Below are positions 1 to 7,765 of a DNA stretch of 61,925 nt, piece after piece. The notes under the pieces are model-generated. The model had not been told where the DNA came from, searched no databases, and saw only the letters and a list, made by a program, of their open reading frames with translations. The DNA comes from Acutalibacteraceae bacterium (GTDB taxonomy: Bacteria > Bacillota > Clostridia > Oscillospirales > Acutalibacteraceae), in assembly GCA_045603505.1 (NCBI GenBank), contig JAZUMI010000006.1:1-61925 (forward strand). The letters are read 5' to 3'. The translations under genes were made by a program, and so were the position numbers. The stretch's first letter is position 1, and each line of letters begins with the position of its first letter.

Positions 1-1
1 T

Positions 2-106
2 GATGCATTAAAGAAATATATTCATTACTACAACAATGAACGTATATCCTTAAAACTAAAAGGAATGAGCCCGGTGCAATACCGAACTCATTCACTTGCA
101 ATTTAA
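2..106 (+). mobile_element. IS3-family transposase (OrfB / integrase-core) C-terminal fragment; 5' part lies outside the window
   Basis: Reading from nt 2 gives DALKKYIHYYNNERISLKLKGMSPVQYRTHSLAI*. The YYNxER..L.....P..YR tail is the conserved C-terminus of IS3/IS150-type OrfB. The right inverted repeat is probably within the next ~40 nt but cannot be fixed without the left end. Confidence 0.6.
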
Positions 107-166
107 TATTTAATTTTGTCTAAACTTTGGGGTTCACTTCAAAATGAATCTCTCTTTTTTATCATA

Positions 167-1786
167 TTAATCTTTTACTTGCTTCTTTTGACGACTCTTT
201 AAAAGGTGCACAACACCTTTTATAATAAGGTTTGTTGCCAAAATCATAAGCGAAACAACAGCAGCGCACTCAAGCTGCATCTGTGCTTCAAACTGATTAA
301 TCATAAGTGAAATCGGCTTTGTTCTTGTTGTTGCCAAGAAGGATACAGCCGAAATGGTCATCATACAGTTAACAAAGAAATATGAGAACATTTCTAAAAG
401 TGTATATTTACACTGTGGGATAAGAACATCACGAATCAACTGTGAGCGCTTAATTCCCATTGTATGAGCAACACCCTCTAAATTCTCATTTATTTTAGAT
501 AATGAATTATAAATCATCAAATAGGGTGAAGCAATAAAGTGAATAATATTAACCAATACAAGCACGATAATTGTACCGTAAATTGGAGTTTTATTAAACA
601 CCAATACATACGACAAACCTAATACCATACCTGGAATTGCCGCAGAAGTCATAGAAGAAAGATGCAAGAAACGTGATAACTTTGATTTCATTCTTGCAGA
701 AAGATAAGCCGTCATAAACGACAGGCACACGCCCACTATGGCTGTAAAGAACGCAATTAAAACAGAATTTATATAGTAATTATCTGCCTTTAGGTTAAAG
801 GCTTGCTGTACATTATCCAAAGTGAAAGAAAGGTCATTTGGATAGTCAGTTGCAAATGCCAAAACTCCAAAAGAGAAAATCGGTAATAATGTTGCCAAAG
901 CAATAACGATGCAGAAAACAAGCGCTACAACAGTAAGTGTCTTACTCTTAGAATTCTCGCAAGGTTTTGTTACAAAACCTGAGTTGCCGCGGTCTTTATT
1001 AACAAGGTCGGCAACAAATGCAACTACTGCAGGAATTAACAACAAAGTACCATAAGCGGCACCCTTACCGAAATCAAGTTGTCCTATTACTTCCTGATAC
1101 ATTACTGTTGCTACAGTTGTATACTTACCACCAACCATTAACGGAACACCGTAGTCGGTTATAATGAGTGTAAAAATTGTAAACACAACCGAAATTAATG
1201 GCTTTTTCAAGAATGGAAGTGTAATGGCTGTAAACTGACGGATTTTAGGAACGCCTAAAACACGTGCCGCTTCATAAGCAGAACCATCTTCATAATGAAT
1301 AACGTCTGCCAACATTAAGTAGGCTACCGGAAATGCATATAATACAGAACCAAGCACAATACCGCCTAATCCGTAAATATTTCCGCTTAAATTGAGAAAA
1401 CGTGAAAGGATACCATTGTTACCAAACAAGATTACCAAACCCATACCGTGTGAAATTGATGGTATAAGCATTGGCAACACAAAGATAATTCCAAATAACC
1501 CTTTTAAAGGAATGTTCGTTCTCTCAACACTCATTGCTAACAAAAATGCTAATACAACAGTGATTACAGTAGCCAACACGGCCGAAAGAAATGAATGCCA
1601 TATCGCCTCACCAAATACCGATGATGATACTACACGCTTGATACTATCCACAGTCATATAACTGAACATACGTCCAAGCGGAATAAATACCATCGATACA
1701 AAAGCCAAGGCAAAAACTATTTTTGTAATTTCAGCCTTACCGAATGAGTATCTTTTCTTTTTATTTACATTTACTGCTGCTGTCAT
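167..1786 (-). CDS. ABC importer permease, internally duplicated (FbpB/ThiP-type, two EAA loops)
   Basis: About 12 hydrophobic segments and two EAA-like loops (YEAARVLGVPKIRQ and LEGVAHTMGIKRSQ). The ATG at 1786 is preceded by GAGGAA and overlaps the ATPase stop (ATGA). The ORF-track start at 1804 is an upstream GTG. Confidence 0.85.
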   Translation of the reverse strand: MTAAVNVNKKKRYSFGKAEITKIVFALAFVSMVFIPLGRMFSYMTVDSIKRVVSSSVFGEAIWHSFLSAVLATVITVVLAFLLAMSVERTNIPLKGLFGIIFVLPMLIPSISHGMGLVILFGNNGILSRFLNLSGNIYGLGGIVLGSVLYAFPVAYLMLADVIHYEDGSAYEAARVLGVPKIRQFTAITLPFLKKPLISVVFTIFTLIITDYGVPLMVGGKYTTVATVMYQEVIGQLDFGKGAAYGTLLLIPAVVAFVADLVNKDRGNSGFVTKPCENSKSKTLTVVALVFCIVIALATLLPIFSFGVLAFATDYPNDLSFTLDNVQQAFNLKADNYYINSVLIAFFTAIVGVCLSFMTAYLSARMKSKLSRFLHLSSMTSAAIPGMVLGLSYVLVFNKTPIYGTIIVLVLVNIIHFIASPYLMIYNSLSKINENLEGVAHTMGIKRSQLIRDVLIPQCKYTLLEMFSYFFVNCMMTISAVSFLATTRTKPISLMINQFEAQMQLECAAVVSLMILATNLIIKGVVHLLKSRQKKQVKD

Positions 1787-2562
1787 TTGTCTTTCCTCAC
1801 ACACTTCTGCAGAGAATCAATTTTGATTTGAAGATTTCTCAAAACAAAAGATTCTACATATTCATCAGCAGGATTAGCCAAAATATTTTCAGGAGTATCT
1901 AACTGAACAACATTGGCTTCACGCATAATCATAATACGGTCTGACATAGCAAATGCTTCTTCCTGGTCGTGCGTGATATAAATCATTGTGGTACCGAATT
2001 CTTTTTGTATGCGCTTTAATTCTGCACGAAGTGAAAGTCTGGTTTCAACGTCAAGTGCCGACATAGGCTCATCAAAAAGAATTATATCAGGATTTAAAAC
2101 CATAGTTCTCGCAATGGCAACACGTTGCTGCTGACCGCCCGAAAGCATAGTAGGCATTTTATTAATATGGTCGGACAAGCCTAAATTCTCAATCATCTTA
2201 AGAGCTTCTTCACTAATTCTTTTTCTTGCTTCCTTGCTCTTGTTTTCTTTACGGATTTTGAGAGCATATTCAACATTCTGCAGAACTGTCATATTCTCAA
2301 ACAGTGCATAGTTTTGGAACACAATACCCATACCTCTTGATGCAGGGGGATTGTTTGTTATATCCTCTCCGTCCTTATAAACAACGCCACCTGTCGGCTC
2401 CAAGAGGCCGATTAAGATACGCAAGATGGTTGTTTTACCGCAACCCGAAGGTCCTAGGATGGAGAGAAACTCTCCATCCATCACTTCAAAATTAACTTTG
2501 TTTAATATTCGTTTGCCATCAAAAACCATTTCAAGGTCTTTTGTAACGAGTTTTGTTTCCAT
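1783..2562 (-). CDS. ABC transporter ATP-binding protein (short form, no TOBE-like C-terminal domain)
   Basis: Walker A GPSGCGKTT, signature LSGGQQQRVAIAR, Walker B ILFDEP. At 259 aa it is ThiQ-sized rather than PotA/FbpC-sized. Confidence 0.9.
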   Translation of the reverse strand: METKLVTKDLEMVFDGKRILNKVNFEVMDGEFLSILGPSGCGKTTILRILIGLLEPTGGVVYKDGEDITNNPPASRGMGIVFQNYALFENMTVLQNVEYALKIRKENKSKEARKRISEEALKMIENLGLSDHINKMPTMLSGGQQQRVAIARTMVLNPDIILFDEPMSALDVETRLSLRAELKRIQKEFGTTMIYITHDQEEAFAMSDRIMIMREANVVQLDTPENILANPADEYVESFVLRNLQIKIDSLQKCVRKDK

Positions 2563-2589
2563 TATTTACTCCTCAATTTTAATGTATAA

Positions 2590-3585
2590 TTAGTACTTCC
2601 ACAAGTCTAATAGTTTTTCTTTTTCCTCAATAGTGTTATTGCTCATATCACTGTATACAATGTTTTCAGGATAATTTTCAACTTTATATGACTTGTCCTT
2701 AAACATCTTTTCAGGGAAGAACTTTTCATTAAGTTCATAACTGTAGGTATTAACTAAGAAATCAAATACCTCTTTAACACATTCGCGTTCGTCTTTTCCT
2801 GCAATCATTGATTGACCGTATAAAGTAAAGGGAGAGCCTTCTTCGAAGAATAATACCTTAAGAGGTGCACCTTCGTTAATCTGTGTAACGGCATGAGATG
2901 TCATTCCAAGACCGATAGCTACTTCCTTCTGTAACAAAGCGTTTACAGGTCCTGAACCTGAAGAGGTGTACTGTAATACATTTGGAGTCAATTTATCAAA
3001 GTATTCTAATGCTTTTTCTTCGCCCCAAGCATTAACTAATGACTTATAGAACATATATCCTGTACCCGAAGATTTGGGGTTTGCCATAGAAATAAGTTCC
3101 TTATATTCGGGTTTGAGAAGGTCTTCATAACTTGTAGGTTCAGGAAGATTCTTTTCTTTCAAAACTTCGGTGTTAACTATAACCGCACCACCAACACGGC
3201 ACTGAATAAGATAGTTTTTACCTGCAACTGTATCTTCTGAGTAGATGCTTGTATCATATTCAGATAAATCTGCTAAAACACCTGCATCAGCTAACTGTGC
3301 CAAATAAGCATACTCAAGGTCATAACTGATATCACACTCAGTGTTTTTGCCCTCAGTTAATAACTTAGCAGCGTGATTACCTGTTGATACATATTCGACT
3401 GTGATATCGTAATCAGGGAATGTTTCGCTCAAACGAGCATTCATATCCTCGATAACATAGTCCTCAACACTGGTAAAGATTAAAATGCTTTCCTTGCCGG
3501 CAGTACAGCCTGTAAGCATAGTAGTAAGCACTACAACTAACATAAGCATAACTGCAACCATCGATTTAACTGTTTTTCTGTTCAT
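2590..3585 (-). CDS. ABC importer substrate-binding lipoprotein (FbpA/ThiB/PhnS-like class), ligand unknown
   Basis: Signal peptide with lipobox LTGC. The 331-aa periplasmic-binding-protein-sized mature part sits directly upstream of the ATPase and permease. Confidence 0.75.
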   Translation of the reverse strand: MNRKTVKSMVAVMLMLVVVLTTMLTGCTAGKESILIFTSVEDYVIEDMNARLSETFPDYDITVEYVSTGNHAAKLLTEGKNTECDISYDLEYAYLAQLADAGVLADLSEYDTSIYSEDTVAGKNYLIQCRVGGAVIVNTEVLKEKNLPEPTSYEDLLKPEYKELISMANPKSSGTGYMFYKSLVNAWGEEKALEYFDKLTPNVLQYTSSGSGPVNALLQKEVAIGLGMTSHAVTQINEGAPLKVLFFEEGSPFTLYGQSMIAGKDERECVKEVFDFLVNTYSYELNEKFFPEKMFKDKSYKVENYPENIVYSDMSNNTIEEKEKLLDLWKY

Positions 3586-3621
3586 TTAAATTACCTCCTG
3601 AGTAATTCATTTTTTGTTTTT

Positions 3622-4527
3622 TTATAGATAACTGGGGTCAAGTTTCTTTAAATCAGATATACTGTCAACTTCAACAATATCTTCAAAATTGCAATCACGC
3701 ACTTCCACACGATAGTTTTCTTGACAATATTCCAGAGCAACCTGGTCCCAGAATCTTTCTTTTCCACCCGGCATTTCATATACGCGCTTAATATCTTCGT
3801 ATAACTTAATGCCATCTTCTTCATTCCAATAAGAAATACCAAAAACGTGGTGGCAATTAGTACCGCCAACCTTCAATTTGGTAATAACATTATTTTTTGT
3901 TTCAAAGCACCAGTCATCCGTGCTCTTAACAGGCACACCTAAAAAATTAGAGGTGTACTGGTATTTTTGAATGAGATTTTTATCAAAAAGCACCAAATCT
4001 GCCTCTAATACATACGCCCCCTGGATAAGATGCCTTGCACACATGGCAGAAGAAATGTTATTAGATTCGTTATAAATAGGATTTTCAATAAAAGAAATAG
4101 TAGGATACTTATAAAGCAATTGGTCAAACTGTTCGCCTAAGTATCCACGCACGATATAGATTTCTTCAATTTCCGCACTAATTACAGCATCAAGAAGTGT
4201 ATCTATTATTCGTGTTCCCTTTACTCTAATGAGTGATTTTGGGGTATTGAGTGTTACAGGGACAAGGCGTGAACCAAACCCCGCAGCTAAAAATACTGCT
4301 CTTTTTACACGGTAGGGTTCAAGCGCAGTGTATCCCTTTCCTGTAAGTCCATTATCATCAATAAGGCCTTCCTCATGTAGTGATGCAACAGTACGATTAA
4401 CCGAACCGAGTGACATATGTGCCGCCGCTACCAGTTCACGTTGCGTAAGCGGTTTCTTGCTACGTTCCATACAAGTCAATATATCAAATTGTTTTCGCGT
4501 AAGCATTTTTTTAGACACACATTTCAC
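3622..4527 (-). CDS. Winged-HTH domain fused to a LicC-type CTP:phosphocholine (or related phospho-alcohol/phosphonate) cytidylyltransferase
   Basis: The C-terminal ~230 aa align by eye with pneumococcal LicC (AAGFGSRL..TPK, GYLGEQFDQLLYKYP, EADLVLF, GISYWNEEDG, VEVDSISDLKKLD). The N-terminal ~70 aa are an HTH (LTQRELVAAAHMSLGSVNRTVASLHEEGLI). The start could instead be the Met at 4506. Confidence 0.8.
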   Translation of the reverse strand: MKCVSKKMLTRKQFDILTCMERSKKPLTQRELVAAAHMSLGSVNRTVASLHEEGLIDDNGLTGKGYTALEPYRVKRAVFLAAGFGSRLVPVTLNTPKSLIRVKGTRIIDTLLDAVISAEIEEIYIVRGYLGEQFDQLLYKYPTISFIENPIYNESNNISSAMCARHLIQGAYVLEADLVLFDKNLIQKYQYTSNFLGVPVKSTDDWCFETKNNVITKLKVGGTNCHHVFGISYWNEEDGIKLYEDIKRVYEMPGGKERFWDQVALEYCQENYRVEVRDCNFEDIVEVDSISDLKKLDPSYL

Positions 4528-4570
4528 CCCACTTCAACTGAATCCCAAACCTATTAAGTTCATATTTTAG

Positions 4571-4599
4571 ATTTTACCACCAATTTTGGAACATGTCAA
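4571..4599 (-). promoter_or_regulatory. Sigma-A-type promoter for the wHTH-LicC + ABC importer operon
   Basis: The minus strand reads TTGACA - 17 nt - TAAAAT, with TG one base upstream of the -10. It lies ~40 nt upstream of the 4527 start. Confidence 0.6.
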
Positions 4600-4690
4600 T
4601 GTTTTTATACAAACTTATATGTTTTAACTAATTTTTTTACATTTTTAAGCCTTTTCTTGTAAAAACTCCCTAATTTTACACCGCAAATTA

Positions 4691-4727
4691 TAAAAAACAC
4701 CGCTAAATCTGTTTTTAGCGGTGTTTT
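4691..4727 (-). terminator. Rho-independent terminator ending the polymer-assembly operon
   Basis: Perfect 11-bp stem ACACCGCTAAA/TTTAGCGGTGT with a 6-nt loop, followed on the minus strand by TTTTTT. Confidence 0.8.
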
Positions 4728-4842
4728 AATATTAATTTTTGGGGATTTTAGGACCAAATTTAAAACATTAAGTGAAGTTACATGTGTTCCATTATTGTGC
4801 AATTTATGAAAATTTTAAAACGTTTTTATAAATTGTTATTCG

Positions 4843-5730
4843 TTAGCGATATGAATTATAAGATGGGTCAATCTCGCATAATTCATCAAAATGGTCTATT
4901 TCCCTGATATCCTCTTTTTCACACTCACGAACATGAACATGATAAATATCTTTATATTTCACCATTGGAACATAGCACCAGTCCTCATCTTTGTGAGCCG
5001 GGAAACTTTCTTCAAGATGCGCACGTAATGTTGCGCCATCCTCTTTACTCCAATATGAAATACCCAGCATTTGATAGCAATCGGTGTTTTCGATACCGAG
5101 TTCATATATAATGCCCTCTTCGTTGGTTTTAAAATACCAATCGTCTGTTTCTTTGGTAGGGATACCAAGATATACCGAATGATACAAATACTTATCAAAT
5201 ATTATAGGATTCTTAAGCAACAAATCTGCCTCAGAAACATAGGTGTTTTCGAGGCGGTCTCGCAATAAATATACTGAAGAAATATTATTTGCTTCGGTAT
5301 ACATAGTGTTTGTAACAAGATTAATGTTCGGATATTTTTCTTTTAGTTGTTCAAACTGTTCGCCCAAATATCCGCAAACAACATAAATCTCCTCAATTCC
5401 TGCCGCCATTACACCATCAATTAAGGTATCAATAATACGAGTACCGTTAACCTTAACCAAAGGTTTTGGAGTTTCAAGAGTTACAGGACGAAGACGTGAG
5501 CCAAAACCTGCTGCTATAAAGATTACTCGCTTAGTTTTATAAGGTTCAAGTGCTTCTACACCTGCATCTGTAATACCATCATTGCCGATTAAACCTTGCT
5601 CCTTAAGGTCTTCAACAATTTCCTTCACATACTCAATATCTAAGCCGCAGCATTTTGACAACTGTTCATATGAAAGCATTACTCGTTCTTTTTCTAATGC
5701 TACCAATACATCAAATTGTTTTTTTGTCAT
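4843..5730 (-). CDS. Winged-HTH::LicC-type cytidylyltransferase, paralogue of 3622-4527
   Basis: Same architecture as 3622-4527 (AAGFGSRLRPVTLETPKPL, GYLGEQFEQLKEKYP, EADLLL, GISYWSKEDG, REIDHFDELCEIDPSY). AGGAGGAG lies 5 nt upstream of the ATG. Confidence 0.8.
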   Translation of the reverse strand: MTKKQFDVLVALEKERVMLSYEQLSKCCGLDIEYVKEIVEDLKEQGLIGNDGITDAGVEALEPYKTKRVIFIAAGFGSRLRPVTLETPKPLVKVNGTRIIDTLIDGVMAAGIEEIYVVCGYLGEQFEQLKEKYPNINLVTNTMYTEANNISSVYLLRDRLENTYVSEADLLLKNPIIFDKYLYHSVYLGIPTKETDDWYFKTNEEGIIYELGIENTDCYQMLGISYWSKEDGATLRAHLEESFPAHKDEDWCYVPMVKYKDIYHVHVRECEKEDIREIDHFDELCEIDPSYNSYR

Positions 5731-5765
5731 AATTACTCCTCCTAAACCACTTCAGGTTTTGTTTG

Positions 5766-6746
5766 TCAATTCCTGTATTTATTATTATATACAAAAGGCT
5801 CAAAAGTCAATGGTGAATCGTTTCTTAAATCATCACAATCAAATCCGCTTGAATAACTGCTATTGCCATATGGTAATTCTTGTAGTTCTTTTCCACCGAA
5901 TATAATGCCATAAGCTTTAACTATCATTTCATACGCATCAGACTTCGCCCTATCAAATAATTCGAAAAAATCCTCATTTGAGGCAATTTTAGAATCATTT
6001 GGATGATGCCAGACTGCGTGTTGCTCATTCATATAGTCAATTTTTTTATTATCTATATCCCGATGATAATATGAAAATAGTGAAAAATTGGTTTTGCCAA
6101 AACTAATTGGACGCAAAAGGTAATGTACAAATCCAAATGGGTCTTGCATTAATCCGTAAAACCGTCTTTCATCGCGCAAAGCTCGGTTAAACAAATCAAA
6201 GCCATCCTTCAAACCATATACCTGCTCAAAAGCCATTTCTAAAGTGTTTCTTAAATCTTCTGGGAATCGCTTAAGTTTAAATATATTTTTTGGCATAGAA
6301 AAATGCCAAGGTATCTTTCCATATTCCTTTCGAATGTAAAAACTATCAATAGCGCGTTCTAATCTAACGTGACCGCCACGCATTTGCTTGGTATTTTCAG
6401 TGCCATCATACTCCCCACCTTTACAAATAATAAATGGGTGTGCCGTTTTATCTAAACTATAATGGCAAAGAAAACCGATTAAAAAAGAAAACACCGATAC
6501 ACTCTGTTTGTTTTTTGCATCTTTTGTTAGCGTATATAAAAATTCACCTGTTTTTTGATTATGCATTACATTGCTGTAAGACGAATATTTCTTTACCCTA
6601 CCACCGAAAAAACCTATTGTTGACCAAGGGTCAGGACCCTGTAACGCCTGTTCAAAAATCGGAATATCAATCTTATTTACAATTTCGGTCGGCAATACCG
6701 AAAGTACCTGCCGACCGAAATAAAAATGTGTAACCGAATCAGGCAT
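5766..6746 (-). CDS. Zinc-dependent phospholipase C family-like protein (Zn_dep_PLPC, PF00882-like), predicted cytoplasmic
   Basis: The N-terminal MPDSVTHFYFG and internal FLCHYSLDKTAHPF match the His-rich pattern of the cytoplasmic clostridial members of this family as I remember them. No signal peptide or TM segment. Confidence 0.5.
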   Translation of the reverse strand: MPDSVTHFYFGRQVLSVLPTEIVNKIDIPIFEQALQGPDPWSTIGFFGGRVKKYSSYSNVMHNQKTGEFLYTLTKDAKNKQSVSVFSFLIGFLCHYSLDKTAHPFIICKGGEYDGTENTKQMRGGHVRLERAIDSFYIRKEYGKIPWHFSMPKNIFKLKRFPEDLRNTLEMAFEQVYGLKDGFDLFNRALRDERRFYGLMQDPFGFVHYLLRPISFGKTNFSLFSYYHRDIDNKKIDYMNEQHAVWHHPNDSKIASNEDFFELFDRAKSDAYEMIVKAYGIIFGGKELQELPYGNSSYSSGFDCDDLRNDSPLTFEPFVYNNKYRN

Positions 6747-6749
6747 ATA

Positions 6750-7712
6750 TTATGCCTCTTTATTAGATTCTTCTGCCTCTTTTTTAGCAACATCCATACA
6801 GAAACCAACTGTCCAATGCTTTTCGCGTTGTTCAACAGGTGGAATCCACATATAGTCACCATAAGCATTCACGAGATATTCGTGAATATTGTTAGGCAGA
6901 TTAATTTCCATATCTTCAAATTGACCTTTTATAGGTGGATAGAAAACTTCTTTGGGCATCAAATGCCCGAAATAGTGTCCAACATCAGTTGGGATACACC
7001 AAAGTCCTGTATCTTTCTTTCCGCGAACAAAACTGTCAAAAGTATTACACCATTTATCATAACTTCTGAAAGAGAAAAGGAAGCCTATCATCCTACGGAA
7101 ATTATAGTTGAATTTACCTTCCTTTGTCTGATAGAAGAATGCCTTTTTAGTTGGTGTATTATAAAGGTTATAAAATGTTGCTGAAACAGCAATATACTGT
7201 AACATCATAGCTACAATACCTTTAACTTTGCGTTTAAAAGGATTAAGAGGTGCATATTCAAGTGGGAAAATATCAATCATTACACCCTGAGGTAAATCTT
7301 TATCCATATTATGAAGACTAGATTTATAGGTGTTCTTAGCATAAATCTCCGTAATAAGCGAAGCAACTTTATGACCTTTAGAGTTAGGAGTGACAAGTTC
7401 ATACTTATCGCCGAGTTCCTCATCAAAAACCTCAACAAATCTATTGAGGTCATCACGTGGCATAATTAAGTCCACATCATCATCCCAAGGAATGAAACCC
7501 TTATGTCTTACAGAGCCAAGTGCTGTTCCGCCATCTGCCATATAGCAAATACCATGCTTCTCACACACAGCAGCAACATCCTTTATCATCTGCAACATAA
7601 CAACTTGCAATTGTTTAACCTCATCGTCTGTTACGTGGCGTATCTCACCCATTGGTGGAGTGTGCAACATAACATTTCTTGTTGAAATTATTTTTTTCAA
7701 TTTGCCTAACAT
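6750..7712 (-). CDS. LicD-family phosphotransferase (phosphocholine / phospho-alcohol transferase)
   Basis: LicD signature GTALGSVRHKGFIPWDDDVDLIMPRDD. Confidence 0.85.
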   Translation of the reverse strand: MLGKLKKIISTRNVMLHTPPMGEIRHVTDDEVKQLQVVMLQMIKDVAAVCEKHGICYMADGGTALGSVRHKGFIPWDDDVDLIMPRDDLNRFVEVFDEELGDKYELVTPNSKGHKVASLITEIYAKNTYKSSLHNMDKDLPQGVMIDIFPLEYAPLNPFKRKVKGIVAMMLQYIAVSATFYNLYNTPTKKAFFYQTKEGKFNYNFRRMIGFLFSFRSYDKWCNTFDSFVRGKKDTGLWCIPTDVGHYFGHLMPKEVFYPPIKGQFEDMEINLPNNIHEYLVNAYGDYMWIPPVEQREKHWTVGFCMDVAKKEAEESNKEA

Positions 7713-7765
7713 AATATTTCGCCTTTCCTTTTGGAATGTAACATCCGATAATTATTTTTTAAGCT

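Noticed and set aside
3586-4700. Looked for a TPP (THI-box) riboswitch, because the importer has ThiBPQ-like component sizes
   Set aside because: The leader between the promoter (4571-4599) and the first start codon is only ~40 nt. The 36-nt gap before the binding-protein gene is too short. No CUGAGA / ACCUGAUCUGGAUAAUGCCAGCG-like elements were seen. A thiamine-specific assignment is therefore not supported.
4605-4802. 65-aa minus-strand ORF in the gap between the two LicC paralogues
   Set aside because: It runs straight through the rho-independent terminator at 4691-4727. It has a Lys/Asn/Val-rich, AT-driven composition and no RBS.
6726-7184. 152-aa plus-strand ORF
   Set aside because: It is antisense to the LicD gene and spans the LicD/PLC-like junction. 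It has no RBS.
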